From Firmicutes bacterium UBA1422 (GTDB lineage Bacteria; Bacillota; Clostridia; Peptostreptococcales; Anaerovoracaceae), in the NCBI GenBank assembly GCA_002304835.1, contig DBPK01000007.1:18650-82649 (forward strand): a stretch of DNA of 64,000 bases. Direction: 5' to 3'. Positions 56,224-64,000 of this stretch are shown one piece after another (within the stretch, counting starts at the first letter, position 1; each line of letters starts with the position of its first letter). The notes below the pieces were generated by a model. The model did no database searches and had not been told where the DNA came from. It saw only the letters and a program-made list of their open reading frames with translations. Both the position numbers and the translations under genes were made by a program.

Positions 56224-57053
56224 ATCTCGCCTTTTATTCTTTTGCTCAATGTACCCTCTTCAAGTCTTTTTTGTGCTTCCGCTTTTCTCATATAATTGGG
56301 CATGAGCTCTTCATATCCGACGGTTTTTCCTTTTTTGTAAAGCATAAGACCGTGCTTTGCCACAAGCGCCGCAGACTGGAACCTTTTTTCAGGGAGTGCA
56401 AAAGATATTTTTCTGTTTTCCTTATCGGCCCATTTTTTTATTGTCTCCCCGTAGGGCATAAGTCCGTCACCGAAAAACATTATGTCATCATATACTTCTA
56501 TTAGCTCCAGAAATTCTTCCAGCATATATGGCCCCGCCGGAACTTTTTCCCGGATATGTTTTGTGCAGAGATTTTTCGGGCAGCCAGTTCCTTCAAAGAG
56601 GGGATATTCTTCGCCCTTTTTCTTTTTCTCTTCTTGTTCCCACTGCCATGCACCGGCATATACCTGATTTCTTCTGGCATCCAGAACAGGGCATATAAGA
56701 CCTCTGTGCTCCTTTTCCCCATGGGCAAAAGTAATAAGAGTGGGCACCGGTAAAAGCGGCTTCCCCCCTTCTGCCTGGGAAAGAGCCCTTGCGGAAGAAA
56801 CGCCTATTCTTATACCTGTAAAAGAGCCGGGGCCGCAGGATACTGCGATGGCATCAATATCGCCTAATTGCAATGCACGCTTTTGCCCGTTGCTTTCTAT
56901 CTCTCTCTCTTCCAGTACCTTTTTTACAAGAGGCATGAGATTTTTCAGATGGCTCATCTTCTCATGGGAAACCTCTTCATTTATATTCTCTTTTTCGTCG
57001 ATCACCGCTACCGAACAAAAAGGTCCGGTGGTTTCAACGGCTAAAATATACAT
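56220..57053 (-). CDS. tsaB: tRNA t6A biosynthesis protein TsaB (with a lysine/glutamate-rich insertion)
   Basis: MYILAVETTG..GPGSFTGIRIG. Insertion WQWEQEEKKKKGEEYP. Confidence 0.8.
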   Translation of the reverse strand: MYILAVETTGPFCSVAVIDEKENINEEVSHEKMSHLKNLMPLVKKVLEEREIESNGQKRALQLGDIDAIAVSCGPGSFTGIRIGVSSARALSQAEGGKPLLPVPTLITFAHGEKEHRGLICPVLDARRNQVYAGAWQWEQEEKKKKGEEYPLFEGTGCPKNLCTKHIREKVPAGPYMLEEFLELIEVYDDIMFFGDGLMPYGETIKKWADKENRKISFALPEKRFQSAALVAKHGLMLYKKGKTVGYEELMPNYMRKAEAQKRLEEGTLSKRIKGEI

Positions 57054-57072
57054 ATCTTTCCTCCGGTAAGCA

Positions 57073-57573
57073 TCATATACTGTCTATATCAAAATTGACG
57101 CGGTATACCCGTTCTTCTTCACCCTTGCCGTACTCCATGCGGATGAACATGGCATCATCGGGCAGCAGCACCTTTATCTTATCGGCCCATTCCAAAACGG
57201 TTATTCCGTCTCCGAAAAAATATTCTTCATAGCCCAGTTCTTCCATTTCTTTGGGATCGTCTATCCTGTAAACATCAAAATGATAAAGCGGCAGTCTGCC
57301 TCCATGGTATTCATTCAAAATAGTGAATGTGGGACTTTTGATATTCCGGGTTATGCCAAGACCCAGCCCAATGTAGCGGGTCAGTGAAGTTTTGCCCGTG
57401 CCCAGTTCTCCTTCAAGAGCAAGTATGCTGCCCGGAAGGAGTTTCTGCCCCAGTTTTATGCCGATCTCACGAACTTCCGCTTCGTTTTTTAATTTGATTT
57501 CTTTTTCCATTTTGATTTCTTTTTCAGTGTTTTTCATATTATTTGATTTTATCCACGCAAAATATTCTAACAT
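57073..57573 (-). CDS. tsaE: tRNA t6A biosynthesis ATPase TsaE (start uncertain)
   Basis: Walker A GELGTGKTSLTR. HFDVYR. Likely true start is at an internal Met (MKNTEKE or MEKEIK). Confidence 0.8.
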   Translation of the reverse strand: MLEYFAWIKSNNMKNTEKEIKMEKEIKLKNEAEVREIGIKLGQKLLPGSILALEGELGTGKTSLTRYIGLGLGITRNIKSPTFTILNEYHGGRLPLYHFDVYRIDDPKEMEELGYEEYFFGDGITVLEWADKIKVLLPDDAMFIRMEYGKGEEERVYRVNFDIDSI

Positions 57574-57635
57574 AAAAAGAGCGCATTTGGAAATCCTTTA
57601 CCTGCGCCCTTTCATAAGTTTGCTTTGTTTCCTTT

Positions 57636-58187
57636 TTATTTATGCAAGAATGCCGATATCCTTTTATAGAGCAGGAATGTTATAAGTGAATTGCCTCCGG
57701 CTTTTATGGCGTTGAATGCCACTATAAACGGCATCAGATCCATTACCACTGCTCTTGGAACTCCCATGAAATAAGGAGTTATTATAAGGTTCGCAAAAAA
57801 CATGGCTATTATCCATGTTAAACTGCCTGCAGCAAGGGCTATGACTGCGCATTTCCTTGTCTTGCTTCTTTTGTAAATTATACCTGCTACCAGAACGAAG
57901 GATCCCGTTGCAATCACATGCATAAGTATCCCGTATACTCCACTGGCCGCACTTACCGTGGTACCCTGGACCACCGCTGTAACAACAGTAAGTGCAAGAC
58001 CTCCCAGAGGACCGAAGGCGAATGTTCCGATAAAGATCGGTATATCCGCAGGATCATATTCCAGGAAAGGCACCGCCGGGAATATGGGGAAATGGATCAG
58101 ATAAACAAGTACCACCGAAATAGCCACCAGCATACCCATCTTGGCAAGTTTTACTGTTTTTTTCTGGGTGTTAAGATTTTCGTACAT
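57636..58187 (-). CDS. ribU: ECF-transporter S component, riboflavin-type
   Basis: 183-aa six-TM protein directly downstream of an FMN riboswitch. Confidence 0.7.
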   Translation of the reverse strand: MYENLNTQKKTVKLAKMGMLVAISVVLVYLIHFPIFPAVPFLEYDPADIPIFIGTFAFGPLGGLALTVVTAVVQGTTVSAASGVYGILMHVIATGSFVLVAGIIYKRSKTRKCAVIALAAGSLTWIIAMFFANLIITPYFMGVPRAVVMDLMPFIVAFNAIKAGGNSLITFLLYKRISAFLHK

Positions 58188-58240
58188 TTTTTTGATTCCT
58201 TTCTTTTTTTTTGTTGATTGGGAATCTGTTCAGCTGCGTA

Positions 58241-58425
58241 ATAAAACGCCCCGGTTGATCCCAGGGCGCAGGCATAAATACAAAGTATTCACGTTTCTTT
58301 CATCCGGACTATACCGTCGGTACCGGGATCTTACCGGTTCGGCCTTTCGGCTCGCGGACTCGTAGCCATGCTTTCGCAATGCTCTTTACCGCCGGTGAGG
58401 AATTTCACCTCGCCCTGAAACAGAT
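58241..58425 (-). promoter_or_regulatory. FMN riboswitch (RFN element) with terminator expression platform
   Basis: Minus strand reads CAGGGCGAGGTGAAATTCCTCACCGGCGGTAAAGAGC...AGTCCGCGAGCC...CCCGGTACCGACGGTATAGTCCGGATGAAAGAAA. Terminator stem at 58247-58268 plus a U-run. Confidence 0.85.
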
Positions 58426-58528
58426 CTTTTATATATTCTCATTCTATATCTTTTAATGATATCTTGTCAATATGTTCCCGATTTTTTTGACTTTTTGAAA
58501 TCCGGCCTGAAAACGATCCTTTGATTAC

Positions 58529-60028
58529 TTACATTATATCGCTTTTGCTCAGTCTGTATATGGCATCGGCAAAAATATTAGTCATCTTTATCAGGTCCGA
58601 AGCGTTTATGAATTCATCTTTCTGATGGGCTATGTCCCTTTGTCCGGGGAAACTTGCACCAAAGGCGATACAGTTATCCATTGCTCTTGCATAGGTCCCT
58701 CCCCCGATCACCTTAGGGGCACTTTCCATATCTCCTGTATGTTCCCGGTAAACGGCAAGAAGCGTCTTCACCATGGGATCGTCAAGGCTTCTGTAAAGAG
58801 GTTCGTGATGTAATTTTTTTATTATCCCCAGATCATACTTTTCTATGACAGGTGCTATCCCTTCATATACTTTTTTATCGCTTTGGGTCACCGGATATCT
58901 TACATTCATTGAAAGACGTACGGATCTGGTGTCCATCTCTATCTTCCCCACGTTCACTGTCAGCTGGCCCGAAGGATCATCGGAAAAACCGCATCCGAGA
59001 GATCCTCCGTTTATTTCATATCCTATATGCCTGTTGTAAAAATCAATAAAATCATTTATATCCTCGTTTGTAAAATCAAACTGCCCAAGAAAGTCCATCA
59101 TAACGGAAATGGCATTTACCCCAAGCTCGGGTTTTGATCCGTGGGCGGAAACGCCACCTGTGGTGATCTCAAGACTTTTGCCTATTACTTTTGTTTTTAT
59201 TACTGCATCTTTTTCATTTCGAAAAGCCGCCGCTTGTTCTTTTATTTCCTGATACCTTTCGGTTTTGTCGGAATTTATTATAACTCTTGCGTTATCGGCC
59301 ACCATGTTTACCGCCTGCCCGCCTTTAAAACTGCGCAGTGCAAGGCCTTTATTATCGGTTTTGGGAAATTTTGAAGCGATGTCAAAATTGATTATGCCTT
59401 TTTCCCCGTATATCAGAGGAAATTCCGCATCGGGAGTAAACCCGAAATCGGGAGCCTGAAACTCCGAAAGATAATGCTCCATCCCTTCCCACTTGGTTTC
59501 TTCGTCAAGACCCAGTATGAGTCTTACTTTTTTTTCCGGGATAAGACCGCACTCTTTCAATGCTTTCATGGCAAAAAAAACTGCAACCGCAGGCCCTTTG
59601 TCATCTATGGTCCCTCTGCCGTATATCCTGTCTCCGTCTTTTTCACAACCGAAAGGGTCGTATTTCCATCCCTCACCTTCGGGCACGGTATCAAGATGAC
59701 ATACGATACCTATTACCTCAGGGCTGGTTCCTGTCATCTCTCCGGATCCATCATATATATATCCGCCAAACTCTATATGTCCGCCGTAATTTTCGGCATT
59801 TTCCGTTTCGAAACCTTCTTTCTGAGCCTTTTGGAGCATAAATACAAAAGCCTTATGCACGCCTTCTCCAAAGGGCAGGACTTCTGTTTTTTTATCTCCT
59901 GCCTCTTTTGTCTTTACTTTTACAGCATCTTCGGCGACACTTCTTATGGCTATCAGGTCTTTGAGGAAAATGAACATTTCTTCTTTATTTTCGTCGATTT
60001 TTTTTCTGAGAAGCTCACGATAGTCCAT
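58529..60028 (-). CDS. pepV: M20-family dipeptidase (PepV-like)
   Basis: CHLDTVPEG and GRGTIDDKGP metal-binding motifs. 499 aa. Confidence 0.75.
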   Translation of the reverse strand: MDYRELLRKKIDENKEEMFIFLKDLIAIRSVAEDAVKVKTKEAGDKKTEVLPFGEGVHKAFVFMLQKAQKEGFETENAENYGGHIEFGGYIYDGSGEMTGTSPEVIGIVCHLDTVPEGEGWKYDPFGCEKDGDRIYGRGTIDDKGPAVAVFFAMKALKECGLIPEKKVRLILGLDEETKWEGMEHYLSEFQAPDFGFTPDAEFPLIYGEKGIINFDIASKFPKTDNKGLALRSFKGGQAVNMVADNARVIINSDKTERYQEIKEQAAAFRNEKDAVIKTKVIGKSLEITTGGVSAHGSKPELGVNAISVMMDFLGQFDFTNEDINDFIDFYNRHIGYEINGGSLGCGFSDDPSGQLTVNVGKIEMDTRSVRLSMNVRYPVTQSDKKVYEGIAPVIEKYDLGIIKKLHHEPLYRSLDDPMVKTLLAVYREHTGDMESAPKVIGGGTYARAMDNCIAFGASFPGQRDIAHQKDEFINASDLIKMTNIFADAIYRLSKSDIM

Positions 60029-60039
60029 TTTTCCCTCCG

Positions 60040-60267
60040 CTACTTAACTGCTTCTACTCTTGCCACATCATCGGGATAACTTTCCTTAAGCAGTCTTTCA
60101 ACTACTCCGCTCAATGTCATCTGTGCTCCGGGGCAGCCTGCGCAATGGCCCTTCAGTCTTACCCTTACAACTTTATCCGCTGTGTACTCAACGAACTCGA
60201 TGTCTCCTCCGTCTCTTTGAAGGAAAGGTCTGATCTGTTCAAGACCTTCTTTGATTTTCTCTTCCAT
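60040..60267 (-). CDS. NifU-like (Nfu) Fe-S scaffold domain protein
   Basis: GHCAGCPGAQMTL motif. 75 aa. Confidence 0.8.
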   Translation of the reverse strand: MEEKIKEGLEQIRPFLQRDGGDIEFVEYTADKVVRVRLKGHCAGCPGAQMTLSGVVERLLKESYPDDVARVEAVK

Positions 60268-60376
60268 TTTTAAACTCCTTTTTTTGATTTGTATCTCTTC
60301 TTTGTTTTGATTATTATTCTATTTGCCTTCTTGTTTTGATTTGGCTATTGTGTTCACTTAAATTTTTCTTTCTGTT

Positions 60377-61705
60377 TCAGTCTTTATCTTTTTCTTCATC
60401 TTTTTCCTTCTTGTCTTTGTCTCTTTTCTCTTTTTCCTTCTCTTTTTTCTCTTTCTCTTTTTCCTTCTCTTTTTTCTCTTTCTCTTTTTCCGCTTTTATT
60501 ACAGAAGCAGGTTTGACCACATATACAACCGTCACTTTTCCTGCCGATAAACCGTTTATATTAACTGACCTTTCGGGATCTCCCTTTTGATCAAAGGTTA
60601 TGAAACCGGAAGCTCCTTCAAAATTCTTGTTGTTTCTTAAAGCTTCACTTATCTTTCTGCCGTTTTGTGGATCACCTGCTTTTTCTATGGCATTAAGTGC
60701 CAAAAGATATGCGTCAAATCCCAGAGCTGTTGCTTCCTTGGGGGTACTTTTGCCATACTCTTTGCTGTAAGCCTCAAGAAAAACACCGGTCATTTCTGTC
60801 TGTCTTGCATCCGCATCGAACACCGCCGACCAGAAAACTTCCTTTTCTTTTCTGTCCTTTATTTCTTTTATGAAATCCTCATCCTGCCACAATTCAGTTC
60901 CCAGAAAAATAAAAGGGTAAGAAAGCTCTCTTGCCTGCCTTATTATATTAAGAGAATCATTTGCGGCTCCGGGAAGGAAAACCACCCTGGCACCGGTTTC
61001 TTTTATTCGATAAAGCTGTCTTCCGAAATCAACATCTCCCGGAGAATATTCCTGATAGGACAAAACCGCATCTTCGTCTTCTGTCAGTTTTATCATTCTG
61101 TCCGAATACTTTCTGCTGACTTCGATGGCCTGGTCATCATCTTTTGGCATCATTACCGCTGCTTTTTCGTTTTTCAGACTCTCCGCAGTGAAGTCCGCCA
61201 GTGCGGTCCCCTGAGCCGCCTCAACGAAACAGACCCTGAAATAATTGTCCTTTTCCGATGTGACAAGAGGGTTCGTGTTTGTTACAGCTATTGCCGGGAT
61301 ATTCTCTTTTTCGAAATACCTGCCTCCCAGCATGGAAAAAACGCTGCCGTAGCTGCCCAGTATCACAGAAGGTCCATTGGCTACCAGGTCTTTGGCTGCC
61401 GTCTTAGCCACATTAAGGTCGGATCTTGTATCTGCGTATATCAACTGGACCTTTTTTCCCAGGACCTCAGGATAAAGACTGTTGGCCAGCTCCATTCCCC
61501 TTGTTTCCAGTTCCCCTTCTTCTGCAAATTCCCCTGTGGCCGGTTCGAAGACACCTATTTTTATGGTATCGCCGCCGCTGCCGTCCCCAAGAAATTCTTC
61601 CTTAAAATTGTCATATGTGGTACAGCCCGCAAATACACCGGCTATCATTATAAATGCCGTCAGCAATGCAGCTGTTTTTGCTTTCTTTCGCATATATTTC
61701 CTCAT
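60377..61705 (-). CDS. ABC-transporter substrate-binding lipoprotein (LivK/Peripla_BP_6-like) with a KEKE-repeat tail
   Basis: Lipobox VFAGC. Type-I periplasmic-binding-fold length. C-terminal KAEKEKEKKEKEKEKEKKEKEKEKRDKDKKEKDEEKDKD. Confidence 0.7.
   Translation of the reverse strand: MRKYMRKKAKTAALLTAFIMIAGVFAGCTTYDNFKEEFLGDGSGGDTIKIGVFEPATGEFAEEGELETRGMELANSLYPEVLGKKVQLIYADTRSDLNVAKTAAKDLVANGPSVILGSYGSVFSMLGGRYFEKENIPAIAVTNTNPLVTSEKDNYFRVCFVEAAQGTALADFTAESLKNEKAAVMMPKDDDQAIEVSRKYSDRMIKLTEDEDAVLSYQEYSPGDVDFGRQLYRIKETGARVVFLPGAANDSLNIIRQARELSYPFIFLGTELWQDEDFIKEIKDRKEKEVFWSAVFDADARQTEMTGVFLEAYSKEYGKSTPKEATALGFDAYLLALNAIEKAGDPQNGRKISEALRNNKNFEGASGFITFDQKGDPERSVNINGLSAGKVTVVYVVKPASVIKAEKEKEKKEKEKEKEKKEKEKEKRDKDKKEKDEEKDKD
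60385..60500. repeat. Polypyrimidine (CT-rich) low-complexity repeat encoding the KEKE tail
   Basis: Reiterated ctctttttccttctcttttttctctttct units on the plus strand. Confidence 0.6.
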
Positions 61706-61762
61706 TCATATGGTTCTCTGCCCAAGTCCTTTTGGCAGAGACACTATATGATTATACTATCT

Positions 61763-62773
61763 TTATATTAAATTTTCCACTATTTGCTTAAGTTCTCCGG
61801 CTGTCAGCGCTTCATTGACTTTACGCCTTATGGCGGCAGCTCCCCTTTCTCCCTTGAGATACCAGCCCACATGCTTTCTCATTTCTCTTACTGCTGTCCT
61901 CTCGCCCTTTTCCTTTTCCAGCATTTCAAGATGTTTTATTATCATTGCTTTTTTCTCTTCTGTTGAAGGTTTCGGCGGAACAGTCTTTCCCTGCCATAAT
62001 GCTGATGCCTCTCTGAATATCCAGGGATTCCCCAGGGCTCCCCTGGCGATCATAACAAAATCACATCCGGTTTCTTCCATCATTTCTTTGGCATCCTCTG
62101 CGCTGAAAATGTCTCCGCTGCCTATTACCGGGATATGAAGAGCCTCCTTGACTCTTGCTATTATTTTTCGGTCTGCTTTGCCTCCGTAGTACTGCTGCCT
62201 TGTCCTTCCGTGTACTGCCACAGCCTTCGCACCGGCTTCCTGTGCCGCAAGGGCCACTTCAACGGCATTTATATGGTCACTGTCCCATCCGGCTCTTATC
62301 TTAACGGTCACCGGTTTTTCTTGGGGAACAGCATTTCCTTTGACTGAGTTTGCCTTTTCAAGAAGTCCTTTTTTTGTACCTTTCACCGCTGCTTCAACAA
62401 TTTTCCCTGCCAGATACGGGTCTTTCATCAAAGCACACCCTTCATTGTTTTTTATGACTTTGCTCACCGGACAGCCCATGTTTATATCAAGTATAGCATT
62501 ATCTCTTTTTGCCAGTCTTTTGGCTGTTTCTTCTAGTACTAAGGGTTCTGAGCCGAATATCTGAAATGCCAGAGGTTTTTCTTCCGGATATATGTTAAGG
62601 AGCCTTTCTGTGTTTTTGCTGTTATACAAAAGCCCCTTGCCACTGACCATTTCAGAATATACTAAAGCCGCACCCATGGATCTTGCCAGGCTCCTGGTCG
62701 GTGCGTCTGATATTCCCGCCATGGGGGCAAAGAAGAAAGGATTTTCAAGTTCAATGTTTCCTATTGACGGCAT
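61763..62773 (-). CDS. dusB: tRNA-dihydrouridine synthase
   Basis: FFAPMAGISDAPTR..DINMGCP..; 336 aa. Confidence 0.9.
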   Translation of the reverse strand: MPSIGNIELENPFFFAPMAGISDAPTRSLARSMGAALVYSEMVSGKGLLYNSKNTERLLNIYPEEKPLAFQIFGSEPLVLEETAKRLAKRDNAILDINMGCPVSKVIKNNEGCALMKDPYLAGKIVEAAVKGTKKGLLEKANSVKGNAVPQEKPVTVKIRAGWDSDHINAVEVALAAQEAGAKAVAVHGRTRQQYYGGKADRKIIARVKEALHIPVIGSGDIFSAEDAKEMMEETGCDFVMIARGALGNPWIFREASALWQGKTVPPKPSTEEKKAMIIKHLEMLEKEKGERTAVREMRKHVGWYLKGERGAAAIRRKVNEALTAGELKQIVENLI

Positions 62774-62776
62774 TCA

Positions 62777-63622
62777 TCATTCCTTTTGATTTTCCGGGCT
62801 TTCCTGACGGCACTCATCGTTTCGTTTGATTTTCTGTGCTTTCTTGTTCTTTTCATATATTATTGAAAGTCCCTCAAGGGTCAGAAGTTTGTCTACATGA
62901 TCTATGCAGTCTATGCCATCATTAATTAGATCCGCAAATCCTCCCGTGGCTATGACAATGGGTTCTTTCCCGCTTTCGGTGAGTTCCTGCAGTTCGCTTT
63001 TCATCTTTCTTACTATATAATCCACCATTCCCATATGTCCGTAAACAAGACCGGCCTGCATGGACTGTATCGTATTTCGACAAACCACATGTCCCGGCTC
63101 TTCCAGCTCCACCTTTGGAAGTTTTGCTGTTTTTTCGAAAAGAGCTTCCGATGATATTTTCAGTCCCGGTGCTATGCTGCCGCCCAGATATTCGGATTTT
63201 TCGCTTACCGCGCAAAATGTGGTGGCGGTACCGAAATCGATTATGACAAGGGGGCCGCCGTATTTTGCGAATGCTGCGACTGCATTCACGATCCTGTCGG
63301 CACCTACCTGTTTGGGATTGTCATATTTGATTATTAATCCGGTTTTGACCCCGGGTTCTATGACAATGGCCCTTTTTCTGAAATACTTTACAGCCAGATG
63401 CTGTATAGTGAAAAGTACTGACGGTACTACAGTGGATACGATAACATCTTCCACATCTTTTATGTTCAGATTTTCGTATGAAAAAAGCTGGTTGATAATC
63501 ATTCCGTACTCGTCGGCGCTCTTGTTGTTGTCACTTTCAAGTCGCCAGTTCTGGATGAGTTCACCATCTTTGAATACACCAAGGACTATATTGGTGTTTC
63601 CTACATCAAATGCCAGTAGCAT
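62777..63622 (-). CDS. coaX: Type III pantothenate kinase
   Basis: LLAFDVGNTNIVLGV..VGADRIVN..DFGTATT. Confidence 0.9.
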   Translation of the reverse strand: MLLAFDVGNTNIVLGVFKDGELIQNWRLESDNNKSADEYGMIINQLFSYENLNIKDVEDVIVSTVVPSVLFTIQHLAVKYFRKRAIVIEPGVKTGLIIKYDNPKQVGADRIVNAVAAFAKYGGPLVIIDFGTATTFCAVSEKSEYLGGSIAPGLKISSEALFEKTAKLPKVELEEPGHVVCRNTIQSMQAGLVYGHMGMVDYIVRKMKSELQELTESGKEPIVIATGGFADLINDGIDCIDHVDKLLTLEGLSIIYEKNKKAQKIKRNDECRQESPENQKE

Positions 63623-63734
63623 GGATATTCCTCCTTTACTCTGCTTTGTGCAGTAGATATTGAATATGCCGGAATACTATCCGGTTTTTTAAAAAACCAG
63701 AGCGCCGTAAAACGGCGCCCTTATTACAAACTGT

Positions 63735-64000
63735 TTATTTCAGTGTTACAAGAACATCTCCTGCATTGACTGAAGCTCCCTTTGCTACCGGTACAGTATC
63801 AACTGTTCCCGCTGCAGGTGCCATTATTTCGTTTTCCATTTTCATTGCTTCGAGTACTAAGATCACATCGCCTTCGCTCACTTGCTCTCCGGGGGCTACT
63901 TTCACATCGAGAACTGTTCCGGGCATGGGTGATTCAACTTTCTGTGCTCCGGCTGAAGGTGCTGCTGCCGCAGGTTTGGGTGCTGCTGCCGGTGCAGGTG
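63735..64000 (-). CDS. Biotin carboxyl carrier / biotinyl-domain protein, 5' end outside the window
   Basis: Biotinylation motif EAMKMENEI. The frame stays open to the window edge through an Ala/Pro linker. Confidence 0.75.
   Translation of the reverse strand, partial: PAPAAAPKPAAAAPSAGAQKVESPMPGTVLDVKVAPGEQVSEGDVILVLEAMKMENEIMAPAAGTVDTVPVAKGASVNAGDVLVTLK

Noticed and set aside
60665-61771. 368-aa plus-strand ORF, the longest plus-strand ORF in the core region
   Set aside because: It lies exactly antisense to the well-supported substrate-binding lipoprotein gene. It has no RBS, and its composition is Cys/Phe/Arg/Ser-rich, typical of a shadow ORF.

Overview
Clostridia-type (Firmicutes) chromosome segment, transcribed almost entirely on the minus strand. 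The taxon is inferred from CIRCE, Rex, ECF/FMN-riboswitch usage and strong GGAGG ribosome-binding sites.

Positions ~82-39,900 are one ~40-kb integrative conjugative element (ICE) with a Tn1549 / C. difficile CTn2-CTn4-like backbone. The backbone runs tyrosine integrase + Xis-like HTH, a regulatory module, lysozyme/CHAP hydrolase, VirB4, PrgI, VirB6-like, Maff2, VirD4-type coupling protein, PcfB, relaxase + MobC, Toprim/DUF3991, YdbC, RadC, a surface adhesin and ParB/ParA. The ICE ends just downstream of the intact guaA terminator.

Four visibly AT-rich cargo islands sit at backbone module junctions:
- A complete LlaJI-type restriction-modification operon (two m5C methyltransferases, McrB-like, McrC-like) plus vsr. 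Its promoter -35 lies inside a perfect 17-bp palindrome carrying GACGC in each arm.
- An AbiEi/AbiEii pair.
- A two-gene cassette: a ~753-aa protein with a C-terminal RNxxxH HEPN/DUF4209-like motif plus a 337-aa unknown. It has its own promoter and terminator. Its first three codons have been cut off by an apparently intact IS3-family element (TG..CA ends, 3-bp ATT duplication).
- An orphan ~905-aa SF1 RecD-like helicase with a ~520-aa uncharacterised N-terminal region.

A MazF-like toxin without a canonical antitoxin, a LexA-like S24 repressor and a ~570-bp GC-rich, ORF-poor, hairpin-rich spacer lie in the regulatory end of the ICE.

Positions 39.99-64 kb are ordinary core genes: guaB-guaA, metA-metY, groES-groEL with a perfect CIRCE, ogg, ferredoxin, rex, an ACP, an ABC-F ATPase, tsaD-rimI-tsaB-tsaE, an FMN riboswitch with ribU, pepV, nfu, a substrate-binding lipoprotein, dusB, coaX and a biotin carrier.

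The best candidates for something undescribed are the HEPN two-gene cassette, the orphan helicase and the GC-rich structured spacer. No similarity searches or G+C calculations were possible. All calls rest on motifs read from the given translations and sequence.
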